Below are positions 47,263 through 61,285 of a DNA stretch of 64,000 nucleotides, piece by piece. The notes below the pieces were generated by a model. It was not told where the DNA came from. It saw only the letters and a program-made list of their open reading frames with translations, and searched no databases. This stretch comes from the human T2T-CHM13v2.0 reference genome, Homo sapiens. Made by a program: the position numbers and the translations under genes. The stretch is from NCBI RefSeq assembly GCF_009914755.1, contig NC_060927.1; one strand, written 5' to 3'. How positions within the stretch are numbered: position 1 is the first letter of the stretch; the number at the start of each line of letters is the position of its first letter.

Positions 47263-49258
47263 TATGTGTCTTCATATTTAAAGTGGGTTTCTTTTCAACA
47301 AAATATAGCTGGTCTTATTTTTTTTATCTGATCCACTCTGACAATCTTTTGATTAGCATATTTAGGACATAGATATTTAAAGTGATTATGAATGTAGTTG
47401 GGTTAATATCTATTATATTTATCATTGTTCTGTATTTGTTGCCCCTGTTTCTGTTTTTCTCTTTCAATCTTTTTTCATCATTTGTGGTTTTAATTAAGTA
47501 TTTCATAATGATTCCACTTTCCTTTCTTAGCATATTAATGTTATTTATATGTGTGTATGTATTTTCTTTTTTAGTGGTTGCCCTAGAGTTTGCATTGTAC
47601 ATTTACAACTAATCCAATTTGACTTTCAAATAACACTATACTTCTTTGTGGGTAGTGCAAGTTCCCAATAATAACAAAATATTCCTAATTTCTACCCTCC
47701 ATCCCTTATATCATTGCTGTTATTCATTTCACTTATATATGTTATACATTCATAGCATACATAATTGAATATATTATTGCTGTTACTATTTTGAACAAAC
47801 TGCTATTTGTTTGTTCACAAGTAAAATCAAGTAAGAATAAGAAAAGTAGAAGTTTTTATTTTACTTTTACTTATTTCTCCTCCAGGATGTTTACTTTCTT
47901 TATGTAGATCTAAGATTCTGACCTATATCATTTTTCTTCTCTTTAAAGAACTTATTTTAACATTTCTCACAAGTCAGTTCTGTGGGCAAAAATTACCTCA
48001 AATTGTGTTTATGAAAGTTTTTATTTTTTCTTCACCTTTTTTTGCTTGCATTTTTTATTGTAGAAAAACACATAACAATAAATTTACAATCTTAACCATT
48101 TTTAAGTGTACAGTTCAATAGTGTTAAGTATATTTACATTATTGTGCAACCAATCTCTAGAATTTTTTTCATCTTATAACACTAAGACTCTGTACCCACT
48201 AAATACTAATAATTCCCTCTTTCTCTTCTCTCCAGCCCTTGCTAACCACATTTCTGCTGTTTCTTTTCTACAATTTGACTACTTTAGATACTTCATATGA
48301 GTGGACTGATACAGTATTTGTCCTTTTGCAACTGGCATATTTTGCTTAGCATAATGCCCTCACGGTTCACCTATGTTGTGGCATGTGACAGAATATTCTT
48401 TTATTTTTAAAGATTTCATAATACTACATTTTATGTATATACCATTTTCCTTTTCCATTCGTTGTCAATAGACATTTGGATTGTTTCCACTCTACCCCTT
48501 GTCTATTATAAATAATGCTTCCATGAACATGGGTGAAAATTTATCTTTAAGATCCTGCTTTGAATTCTTTCTGGATATATATCCAGAAGTGGGATTGCTG
48601 AATCATATTCTAATTGTCTTTTTAATTTTAGGAGTATCTCCTTACTGCTTGCTCTCTGTACTACCTGCACCATTTTACATTCCCATCACCAGTGCACAAG
48701 GGCTCTCCACATGCTCAACTTACATTCTGCTCTTTTGTTAGTGGCCATTCTAGTGAGTATGAGTCGATATCTCATTGTTTTGATTTGCATTTCCCTGATG
48801 ATTAGTGATGATGAGCATCTTTTCAAGTATTTATTGGCTATTCGTATATCTTCTTTGGAGAATTTTCTATCCAAGTCATTTTCTCATTTTTAAATTAGGT
48901 TTTTTTTTTGTTTTTTTTTTACTGTTGAGTTGTAGAAGTTCCTTATATAGTCTGGATATTAACCCCAAATCAGATACATGTGTTGCAGTTATTTTTGCCC
49001 AGTCCATAAGCTGCCCCTTCACTCTGTTGATCATGTCTGTTTATGCACAAAAGTTTCTCGTAGTCCCATTTGTCTATTTTTTTCTTTTGTTGCCTGTGCT
49101 TATGGTGTCACTTCCAAGACATAATTCTCAAATCCAATATCCTGAAGTTTTTCCCCTATATTTTTTTCTAGGAGTTTAATAGTTTTAGGCCTTACATTTA
49201 GGTCTTTAATCCCTTTTGAGTTAATTTTATGTAAGGTGTAAGTTAAGGTCCAGCTTAA

Positions 49259-49261
49259 TAT

Positions 49262-49300
<39 letters not shown>
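49259..49300. repeat. (TTTA)n microsatellite
   Basis: About 10 units visible directly. Confidence 0.92.
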
Positions 49301-50604
49301 GGCATGTGGATATCCCAGTTTTCCCAGTACCATTTGTTAAGGAGACTGTCCTTTATTCACTGTGTCATCTTGGCATCCTTGTCAAAAGTCATTTGGCCAT
49401 ATATACAAGGGTTTATTCCTAGGCTCTAAATTCTGTTCCATTGGTGTATATATATCTGTCTTTATTCTAGTACCATACCATCTTAATTACTGTTGCTGTG
49501 TAGAATGTTTTGAAATCAGGGAGTATGAGTCTTCCAATTTTGTTCTTTTCAAGATTGTTTTGGCTATTCATAGTCCCTTGAGAATTTTACGATGCTTTTT
49601 TCTGTTTCTGCAAAAAATGTCATTGGTATTTTGATAAGAATTACATTGAATCTGTAGATCACTGTGGGTAGCATGGACAGTTTGACAATGTTAAGTCTTT
49701 CAATCTATGAGCCTGGAATATCTTTCCATTTATTTCTATCTTCTTTGATTTCTTGTGGCAGTGTTTAGTTTGTAGTGTAGAAACCTTTTAATAAGCTCAA
49801 GCTTATTCCAAAGTATTTATCCTTTTTGTTGCTATAGTAAATGGAATTGTTTTCTTAATTTCCTGTTTTGTTTTGTTTTTTTTACAGGTTCTTTGGTTGA
49901 AGGATAATTTCCTTTGTGAATTGATTGTTAGTGTATAGAAATGCAATTTTTGAATTTTGATTTTGCATCCTGTAACTTTGCTGAATTTGCTAATTTTAAC
50001 AGTTTGTATGGAATATGTCTTCTGTGAAGGGAATTAATTTTACTGATTTTCCAATCTGTATGTTTTCTATTTCATTTTCTTGTCTAATTGCTCTGGATAG
50101 ACCTCCTAGTACTGTGTTGAATAGTAGTGGTGAGTGTGGGCATCCTTGCCTTATTCCTGCTCTTAGAGGGAAAGTTTCAGTCTTCTTTTGTTGACTATGA
50201 TGTTAAATGTAGCCATCTCATATATGACTTTTATTATGCTGGGATAGTTTTTTTCTATTCCTAGTTTATTGAGTATTTGTGTCATGAGATTGTTGAATTT
50301 TGTCTGCATCAATTGAAATGATCACCTGGTTTTGTCCTTCATCTTGTTAATGTGGTGTATTAAATAGATTTATTTTCATATGTTAAACCATCCTTTCATT
50401 CCATGAATAAGTCCCACTGGTCATGGTATATAATCCTTTTAATGTACTGTTGAATTCAGTTTACTAGTATTTTGTTGAGGATTTTCACATCAGTATACTT
50501 AAGGGATATTTGCCTGCAGTTTTCTTTTTTTGTATCTGTCTCTCATTTTGGTGTTAAGGTAATTCTGACCTCATAGAATGAGTTTGGAAGTGTTGCAGTT
50601 CTTT

Positions 50605-51190
50605 TTTTTTTTTTTTAAGACTTTATTTTTTAGAGCAGTTTTAGGTTCACAGCAAAATTGAGTAGAATGTACTGAGATATCCCAATATCCCCTGCCCTCA
50701 CACAGGCAAAGCCTTACCAATTATCAACATCCTGCACTAGAGTGGTCCATCTGTTGCAACTGATGAATGTACATGAACATATCATTATCCTCCAAAGCCT
50801 ATAGTTTACATTAGGGTTTACTCTTGGTGTTGTATGCCTCCCCTATTATCAACATCCTGCACCAGAGTGGTACATCTGTTGCAACTGATGAACCTACATG
50901 GACACATTGTTATCCTCCAAAGCCCATAGTTTACCTTAGCGTTTATTCTTGTTGTTGTACATTCTATGGGTTTAGACAAATTTAGTGACATGTGTCCATC
51001 ATTATAGTATCACATGGAGTAGGTTCACTGCCCTAGCAATCCTCTGTGTTCTGCCTGTTTATCTCTCCCTTCCCCCATCCCCTAGCAACCACTGACCTTA
51101 CTGTTTCCACAGTCACTTTTTCAAGGATGTCATGTAGTTGGAATCATATAGTATATTGCCTCTTCAGGCTAGCATACTGTGTTCTTTTGT
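50605..51190 (-). mobile_element. L1MC-type 3'-end fragment with an internal 125-bp tandem duplication (candidate 3'-transduced DNA)
   Basis: Poly-T then tttttagagcagttttaggttcacagcaaaattg; units at 50711-50835 and 50836-50960. Confidence 0.75.
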
Positions 51191-52683
51191 CTTTTTTTTT
51201 TTATATATATACTTTAAGTTCTAGGGTACATGCACACAACGTGCAGGTTTGTTACATATGTATACATGTGCCATGTTGGTGTGCTGCACCCATTAACTCG
51301 TTATTTAGCATTAGGTATATCTCCTAATGCTATCCCTCCCCCTCCCCCAACCCCACGACATGCCCTGGTGTGTGATGTTCCCCTTCCTACGTCCCAGTGT
51401 TCTCATCATTCAGTTCCCACCTATGAGTGAGAAGATGTGGTGTTTGGTTTTTTGTCCTTGCGATAGTTTGCTGAGAATGATGGTTTCCAGCTTCATCCTA
51501 CAAAGGATCCCTACAAAGGACATGAACTTATCCTTTTTTATGGCTGCATAGTATTCCATGGTGTATATGTGCCACATTTTCTTAATCCAGTCTATCATTG
51601 ATGGACATTTGGGTTGGCTCCAAGTCTTTGCTATTGTGAATAGTGCCTCAATAAACATACATGTACATGTGTCTTTATAGCAGCATTATTTATAATCCTT
51701 TAGCTATATACCCAGTAATGGGATTGCTGGGTCAAATGGTATTTCTAGTTCTAGATCCTTGAGGAATCACCACACTGTCTTCCACAATGGTTGAACTAGT
51801 TTACAGTCCCACCAACAGTGTAAAAGTGTTCCTATTTCTCCACATCCTCTCCAGCACCTGTTGTTTCCTGACTTTTTAATGATCGCCATTCTAACTGGTG
51901 TGAGATGGTATCTCATTGTGGCATTTCTCTGATGGCCAGTGATGATGAGCATTTTTTCATGTGTCTGTTGGCTGCATCAATGTCTTCTTTTGAAAAGTGT
52001 CTGTTCATATCCTTCGCCCACTTTTTGATGGGGTTGTTTGTTTTTTTTCTTGTAAATTTGTTGGAGTTCTTTGTGGATTCTGGATATTAGCCCTTTGTCA
52101 GATGGGTAGATTGCAATAATTTTCTCCCATTCTCTAGGTTGCCTGTTCACTCTGATGGTAGTTTCTTTTGCTGTGCAGAAGCTCTTTTGTTTAGTTAGAT
52201 CCCATTTGTCAATTTTGGCTTTTGTTGCCATTGCTTTTGGTGTTTTAGACATGAAGTCCTTGCCCATGCCTATGTCCTGAATGGTATTGCCTAGGTTTTC
52301 TTCTAGGGTTTTTATGGTTTTAGGTCTAACGTTTAAGTCTTTAATCCATCTTGAATTAATTTTTGTATAAGGTATAAGGAAGGGATCCAGTTTCAGCTTT
52401 CCACATATGGCTAGCCAGTTTTCCCAGCACCATTTATTAAATAGGGAATCCTTTCCTCATTTCTTGTTTTTGTCAGGTTTGTCAAAGATCAGATGGTTGT
52501 AGATGTGTGATATTATTTCTGAGGGCTCTGTTCTGTTCCATTGGTCTATATCTCTGTCTTGGTAGCAGTACCATGCTGTTTTGGTTACTGTAGCCTTGTA
52601 GTATAGTTTGAAGTCAGGTAGTGTAATGCCTCCAGCTTTGTTCTTTTGGCTTAGGATTGTCTGGCAGTGTGGGCTCTTTTTTG
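51191..52683 (-). mobile_element. L1PA (about L1PA4-6) 3' portion: ORF2 C-terminal region, 3'UTR and poly(A)
   Basis: ORF remnants [58 protein letters not shown] and [25 protein letters not shown]. Confidence 0.95.
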
Positions 52684-53704
52684 AGCCTTGGTCATTGCTA
52701 GCACAGCAGTCTGAGATCGAACTGCAAGGCGGCAGCAAGGCTGGGGGGTGGGGGGTGCCCGCCATTGCTGAGGCTTGTGTAGGTAAACAAAGTGGTTAGG
52801 AAGCTCGAACTGGGTGGAGCCCACCACAGCTCAAGGAGGCCTGCCTGCCTCTGTAGTCTCCACCTCTGGGGGCAGGGTATAGCCAAACAAAAGGCAGCAG
52901 AAATCTCTGCAGACTTAAATGTCCCTGTCTGACAGCTTTGAAGAGAGTAGTGGTTCTCCCAGCACGCAGCTTGAGATCTGAGAACAGACAGACTGCCTCC
53001 TTAAGTGGGTCCCTGACCCCCAAGTAACCTAACTGGGAGGCACCCCCCAGTAGGGGCAGACTGACACCCCACACGGCCAGGTACCCCTCTGAGATGAAGC
53101 TTCTGGAGGAACAATCTGGCAGCACCATTTGCTGTAGAGCCATATTCGCTGTACTGCAGCCTCCGCTGCTGATACCCAGGCAAAAAGGGTGTGGAGTGGA
53201 CCTCCAGCAAACTCCAACAGACCTGCAGCTGAGGGTCCTGACTGTTAGAAGGAAAATTATCAAACAAAAAGGACATCCACACCAAAACCCCATCTGTACT
53301 TCACCATCATCAAAGACCAAAGGTAGATAAAACCACAAAGATGGGGAAAAAACAGAGCAGAAAAGCTGAAAATTCTAAAAATCAGAGCGCCTCTCCCCCT
53401 CCAAAGGAATGCAGCTCCTCACCAGCAACGGAACAAAGCTGGATGGAGAATGACTTTGACAAGTTGAGAGAAGAAGGCTTCAGACGATCAAATTTCTCCG
53501 AGCTAAAGGAGGAAGTGCGAACCCATCCCAAAGAATCTAAAAACCTTGAGAAAAGATTAGACAAATGGCTAACTAGAATAACCAGTGTAGCAAAGTCCTT
53601 AAATGACCTGATGGAGCTGAAAACCATGGCATGAGAACTACATGACAGATGCACAAGCTTCAGTAGCCAATTCAATCAACTGGAAGAAAGGGTATCAGTG
53701 ATTG
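52683..53704 (+). mobile_element. Inverted L1PA 5' segment: partial 5'UTR (antisense-promoter/ORF0 region) plus ORF1 N-terminus
   Basis: cattgctagcacagcagtctgagatc...; ORF 53341..53634 MGKKQSRKAENSKNQSASPPPKECSSSPATEQSWMENDFD is ORF1p, ending at a premature TGA. Confidence 0.95.
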
Positions 53705-54788
53705 CAGTTCTTTCAAAGAGTTTCTGTTTTGATTCTTTCAAAGAGTTTGAGAAGGATTAGTGTTAGTTCTTATTTAAATATTTGTGGACTTCTCCAGTGA
53801 GGACTTCTCCAGTGAATCTATCTGGTCCTGGCCTTTTTTGTTGGGAGGCTTTTAATTACTATTTCAATTCTTTACTAGTTACAGGTATGTTCACATAGAT
53901 TTCTTATTTCTTCATGATTTAGTACTGGTAGGCTGTATGTTTCTAGGAATTTATCCATTTCTTCTAGATTATCTGGTTTGGTTGTAATTTAATACTAGCC
54001 TCATAATTCTTTTTATTTCTATGACATCAGTTGAATGTCTTCTCTTTTATTTCTAATTTTAGCTATTTCAGTCTTCTCTCCATTTTAGTTATTGCAGCTA
54101 AAGATTTGCTAATTTTGTTCATCTTCTCAGAATACCAACTGTTGGTTTTGTTGTATTTTTTCTATCTTTTTTCCTGTTTGTTTCATTTGTCTCTGCTGTA
54201 AGCTAGTTGTGGATTTAGCTTATTTTTCATTATTCCTTTAAGTGTCAGGTTAAGTTGTTGATTTGAGGTCTTTCTTCCTTTTTAATAAGACTTTCCTCTT
54301 AATACTGTTTTTGTTGCATTCCATCAGTTTTGGTATGCTGTGTTTTCATTTTCATTTATCTCCAGATATTTTCTAAATTCCCTTGTGATTTCTTATTTGA
54401 CCCATTGGTTGTTAAAAACTGCATTAATTCCTATACATTTGTGGATTTGCCTGTTTTTTGTTTTTTTTGCTATTGATTTGTAGTTTCATTGTGCTGAGGT
54501 TGGAGAATATATTTGTATGACTTCAATCTTCTTACATTTAAGGCTTTTTTCGTGGTCTAATATGTAGTCTGTCTTGGAGAATATTACATGTGCGTTTGAG
54601 AATGTGTATCCCCTGTTGTTGGGTGAAGTGTTCTGTATATGTTTGTTAGTTCCAATTGGTCTAAAGAGTTATTCAAGTCATCTGTGTCTTCTGTTTGATC
54701 TTCTGTCTGGTTGTTCTATTCTTACTGAAAGTGGGGTATTGAAGTCGCCTGTTAGTATTGTGTTGCTGCTCATTTCTTCTTTCAGTTC

Positions 54789-55079
54789 TTTTTTTTTTTT
54801 TAAAGGCGGAGTTTCGCTCTTTTGCCCAAGCTTGAGCGAAGTGGTGCAATCTTGGCTCACTGCAACCTCCTCCCGCTGGGCTTAAGCGATTCTTCTGCCT
54901 CAATCTCCTGAATAGCTGGGATTATAGGCGCCTGCCACTACACCCAGGTACTTTTTTGTATTTTTAGTTGAGATGAGGTTTCACTATATTGGCCAGACTG
55001 GTCTCCTGACCTCTGGTGATCCGACCGCCTGGGCCTCCCAAAGTGCTGGAATTACAGGCGTGAGCCACCGCACCTGGCC
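54789..55079 (-). mobile_element. AluS
   Basis: Dimer; TSD-like tcttc(t/c)ttcagttct. Confidence 0.9.
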
Positions 55080-55218
55080 ATCTTCCTTCAGTTCTGTCAA
55101 TGTTGCTTCACGTATTTGACTGCTTTGATGTTAGATGTGTATATATTTATTGTTATATCTTTTTGGTGAATTTACCATTATGTCATTATATAATGCCCCC
55201 GTTTTTCTCTTATGATAG

Positions 55219-55628
<410 letters not shown>

Positions 55629-56105
55629 CCCACGTGTTTTTAGATATAAAATGATTTTCTTGTAAGCACTTTATTGTTGGATCTCATATTTTTTAGCCAT
55701 TCAATCAATGTCTTGGTATGTTTGATCTTTTTACATTTAAAATAATTACTGACAGGAAAGGACTATTACTTTTGTTCATTGTTTTTTGTCTGTCTTACCG
55801 CTTTGTCTTTCCTCTCACTGTGTTTTTTGTTGATTTTTTCTAGTGACGTTTTGATTCCCTTATTTCCCTTTGTATATATTCTACAGATATCTTCCTTATG
55901 GTTACCCTTGCAATTCCATAAAACATCTTAAAAGTTCTAACAATCTGTTTTAAACTGACCTTTTAAATATTTCAAACTGACAAATTAACTTCAATCACAT
56001 ATAAAAACCATGCTCCTTGTCTCTCTGCCTCCCATTCTATGTTATTGATGACTCAAATTGCCTGTTTTTACATTGCTTATCATTTAATGTAATTATTACT
56101 TTTTA

Positions 56106-56420
<315 letters not shown>

Positions 56421-57836
56421 ATTATATACCAGATTTATAAGTGATTTACTCACCTACATTACAATAATACAGGATTCTATATTTGTCTATATATTTAACT
56501 TTACCTGGGACTTATGTTTTTATTAATACATGGTTTTATGTTCCTGTTTATCAGCTTTTCACTTACTTGTAGGTGCTCTTTTAGAATTTCCTATAGAATA
56601 AGTCTAGTGGTGATAAACTCCCTCAATTTTTATCTGAGAAAGTCTTAATTTCTGTTTTTGTTTGTTTTGAAAGGGCACTTTTGCTAAACATAGCATTCTT
56701 GATTGGCACCGCTTTTCTTTCGAATACATCATCCCACTTCCTAGCCTGCAGGGTTTCTGCTAAGTCTGCTGAGAATCTAATATGAGCTCCTTTGTATGTA
56801 CTGGGTTGCTTTTTTTTTTTTTTGCTGCTTTCAAGATCTCTGTCACTAGACAGTTTAATTATAATATGATTATATGTCTCAGTGTAGATCCCTTAGATCC
56901 CTTTAGATTTATTCTGGTTGGAATTATCTGAGATTCTTGAATTTGTATATCCATTTCTCTCAGATTTGGGAAGTTTCCAACCATTATTTCTTCACATAGG
57001 TCCTCTACCCCTTTCTTTCTTCTCCTTCTGAGGTTCCCATAATGCATGTTTTCTTCTATTTGATGCTATCCCAGAAGTCCCTCAGATTCTCTTCATTTTC
57101 CTTCATTCTTTTTTTTTTTTTCTTCTCTTCATTTCTTCTCTTTTTCTTCTTTCTTTTTTGGGGATTTATCCTGCTTGGTGTTCTCTTAACTTCCTGGATC
57201 TGTGGTGGGGTGTCTGAAACCAATTTCAGGAAATCCCTAGTCATTATAACTTTATTTATTGCTTCTATTCTTTTCTCTTTTAATTTTCTTGATGTTTCCA
57301 TTATGCATATGCTACATTTTCTGTAGTTGTTCCATATTCTTGCATATTATTCCATTTTTTCCGTCTTTTTTCTCTTTGCTTTTCAGTTTTGTAAGTTTCT
57401 AGTGACATGTCCTTAAGCTCAAAGATACTTTGCTCAAGATGTGTCCAGTATACTAATGAGCTAATCAAATGCATTCTTCATTTTTGTTAGTGTTTTTGAT
57501 CTCTAGCACTTTTTAATTCTTTCTCAGAATTTCCATCTCTTTGCCTACATTAACCAACCATTGTTGCATGTTGCCTAATTTTTCCACTAGCACCCTCAGA
57601 ATATTAACAGTGGTTGTTTTAAATTCCTGATCCGATAATTCCAACATTCCTGCCATATCTGAGTCTGTGATGCCTGCTCTGTCTCTTCAAGCTGTGTTTT
57701 TGCCTTTTAGTATGCTTTGTAATTTTTTGTTGAAAGCTGGACATGATATACTGGGTGAAAAGAATTGCAGTAAATAGGCCGTTAGTCATGTTAGTAGTGA
57801 GGTACAGGGAAGGGGAAGCATTCTATAGTTTTATAA

Positions 57837-58163
<327 letters not shown>

Positions 58164-59981
58164 TAAGTGAGCCTGTGGCCCAAGGGTCTGAACTTCACAA
58201 GTGCCCGTCACTTCTTTTCCCAGAATTAGGTGGGACAAGATGGCTGGCGGGAGCTGGAGTTGGGTATCTTCTGTTCCATGTAGGTTAGAGCTGATGGGAG
58301 TTGGGTATTTTTGCCCTTTCCCCAGGTCAGTTAGATTCTAAAACCACAGTAGATTATGATCTGGTAAAATAGTTTTTCTTGGGGAAAGGCCTTGTTCAGA
58401 ACATAATGCTTCTCCCGACCACCCCCAATACCTGAGGGGATTTTTCCTGGTAGAGCTTCAGGAGGTAAAACTCAAAAAAGCACTGGGTCCCCTGGAAGTG
58501 TTTTAACTCTCAGACTTGTCCACACTGAGTCTCTGGCAATTTATCACAGTTCAGGCTTGGCTACCAGTACTGGTTCTTATGGTGGTTTTCTACTCAGGGT
58601 TTCTGCTAAGTTGTGACTCTTTGTATTTGCTGTCTGTCAGAAAAGGGAATGTTTCTCAGCTCTTCAAAAGGAATACTTTTCAGAAGGCCCACAAAGCAGT
58701 GAAATAACTGAGGATGCAAGTTGGGTGAGGAATTACTACCATGGCTATGGTTCCTAAGAAATCAGTGCATTCATGAGTTATTTGAAAAGGAACTGTTTTA
58801 TTACCTCATGTCCAGAGATAAAGATCCTAAGGTCTGTACTGTAATAGCTTTGACTGAAGGAAACTGAGAGAGTTGGTGCTATAGGTTGATTTGTATCATG
58901 GCACTCTTTTATCATTTGCCTGTAGCTGTATTTGCTTAGGAGAACCATGCTTCAGTCCACCCCTGCCTCTTTCTACTTTAGTTGGGGTTGTTTGTACCAA
59001 ATGGGTTATTTAGAATTAAGTTGGATTGGGATGGGCATTGCACCAAATCAAAATTTGATAATTTCACATTTTAGGTCTTATAAGCATGTAACACATACTA
59101 TTATGTAGTATGAAAGCAAACTGTGTACTTTGCATACATGAATTCAGTTAGTTTTCAGAGCAGCCTAATTAGGAAAAACTGTCATGTCTACTTTATGGAT
59201 AAGGAATATGAGACTTAGAAAGGTCAAGTAAATTACCTGAGGATACACGAGCAGCTAAAGGGAAGTGGCAGGGCTGCAATTCAACCTCCTGACTCCAAAC
59301 ACTAGTAAATACTACTACCCTACTCTTTTCAGTCACTACCATTTCATGGCTTTCATTCTTCCCATTCTCCTTCTCTTGTCATTCCCTCCACCCTACTCCT
59401 ACTTTTCCTTCTCCTCTTCAACTCACTATGTCAAAGAGAAAAGGAAAGACCATTTTTGAGACAAACTAATTTGCTGAAAGTTCAAGTCTACTAGCAGTAT
59501 ATAATACTCATTTCATCATATTCTACATTAACAAGGTAAAATATCCATTTATATTTCTGCTTTAAAACCTGGCATGCCCTTTGTTCACATTTCTGTTAGG
59601 AGCATTACTATTTTATTATTGATTTGTATGCACTATTTAGAAGGAAATTTTATGTATGACTTCCTGTAGTCACCTTTGCCACTCAGAGCCGCAACAAATA
59701 TTAGACTAATCTAATCAACAAGCAGAAGTCATCTAGAAGCAATTGGGCTTTATGCAAAAATAATGTAGGCCCACTGCCCCAAGTGTAACTGAAACGGACA
59801 GGTTTTTTATTTAATTTCCTTTATATGTAGGAAAAGAAAAATTTTAGATTAGGATGTACATAAATTTGAGTTTGTTGAAGTTGGCTCTGGAAGGGTGTTG
59901 TACACCCTCATTTCCTAGTGGCCTGAAAAAGAATAATAAAAGAATAATAATGAACCTTCTGTACTTAGTAAAAGGAAATGC

Positions 59982-60274
<293 letters not shown>

Positions 60275-61039
60275 TAGGAAATGCTTTTTAAGTACTTGAG
60301 GTCTGGCACAATATTTACCATTCCAAAACTCCCATTACCTTTGGTTTTTCTCCTCAGGATGATAAATCTTCATTCAGAAAGGCTTTGGGTACAGTTGTAG
60401 TTTATCTGCATAGATAATATCAACCAAGTTAGACCCAATAAAGAGTAATATATAGAATGACTATTTAAAATACTATAGGGAAAAGTTGGATTTTTTTTTT
60501 TTAAGCTAGATTACCCAAAGTTAAATTTGGCCAAAGTGGATATCAATTCCTAGACTTGGGTTTTAACTTAAATGGATTTATTTATGGCCTCTAAGACAAT
60601 CATTTTATTCTCACTGCATTCATGAAATAATTCACTAACACATTTCTCCCAGAGTTGCTAATGCAATGCTCTTTCCCTCAGTGGAGTCATCTGATTGTTT
60701 TAGCGCAGGCACTATCATCTCACCATCAGAATATATAAGAAATGTTTGACCTTCAATTAAAGTTGCAGAATATTATCTGCTATTGTGTAGCATTCTAGAA
60801 ATGTTTATAAAAATATGAAACCATGGGAGATGGGAATAAAAAATGGTCTTCATCCCTTCTTTGTGTTAAATATCTGAAGAAAAAAGTGTTCTGGCTTATG
60901 AATTGGAAACATTTTCATCCCTAGTAAATACGTAGCTGCTTAAGTATATTTCTTAACACTATGAATCGAAGGGGAATATTTAAATGTGACCAAAAATTCT
61001 ACATACATAACCTAGGAGGCAATATAATACAACATAACA

Positions 61040-61285
61040 GCTAAGACTGTGCAAAGGCTTTAGAGCCCAACAGACCTGGGCTGGAATTCTGGATCCCCCA
61101 TTTATTGGCTGTGTGACCTTGTGCAAGTTTCTTAACCTTGCCAAGCACCCATTCATGTGTAAATGTACCTAATAGTACTTAATTCACAAGGTGTGTGGTG
61201 GGAGGGATTTAAATCAGTTTATGAAAAATGCTTACGATAGTGCTTGGCACATAGAACTCAACAAGTGGTAGCAATTATTATTATA
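61040..61285 (+). mobile_element. MIR SINE
   Basis: cagacctgggctggaattctgg...ggctgtgtgaccttgtgcaagtttcttaacc...agtgcttggcacatag. Confidence 0.8.

Noticed and set aside
52796-53338. 180-aa minus-strand ORF, the longest in the track
   Set aside because: Antisense reading of the GC-rich L1 5'UTR with a non-ATG start; it is not ORF0 and has no sign of function.
51191-53704. Possible active or full-length L1
   Set aside because: The endonuclease and RT regions and the sense-promoter start are missing, and the ORF1 and ORF2 remnants contain stops.
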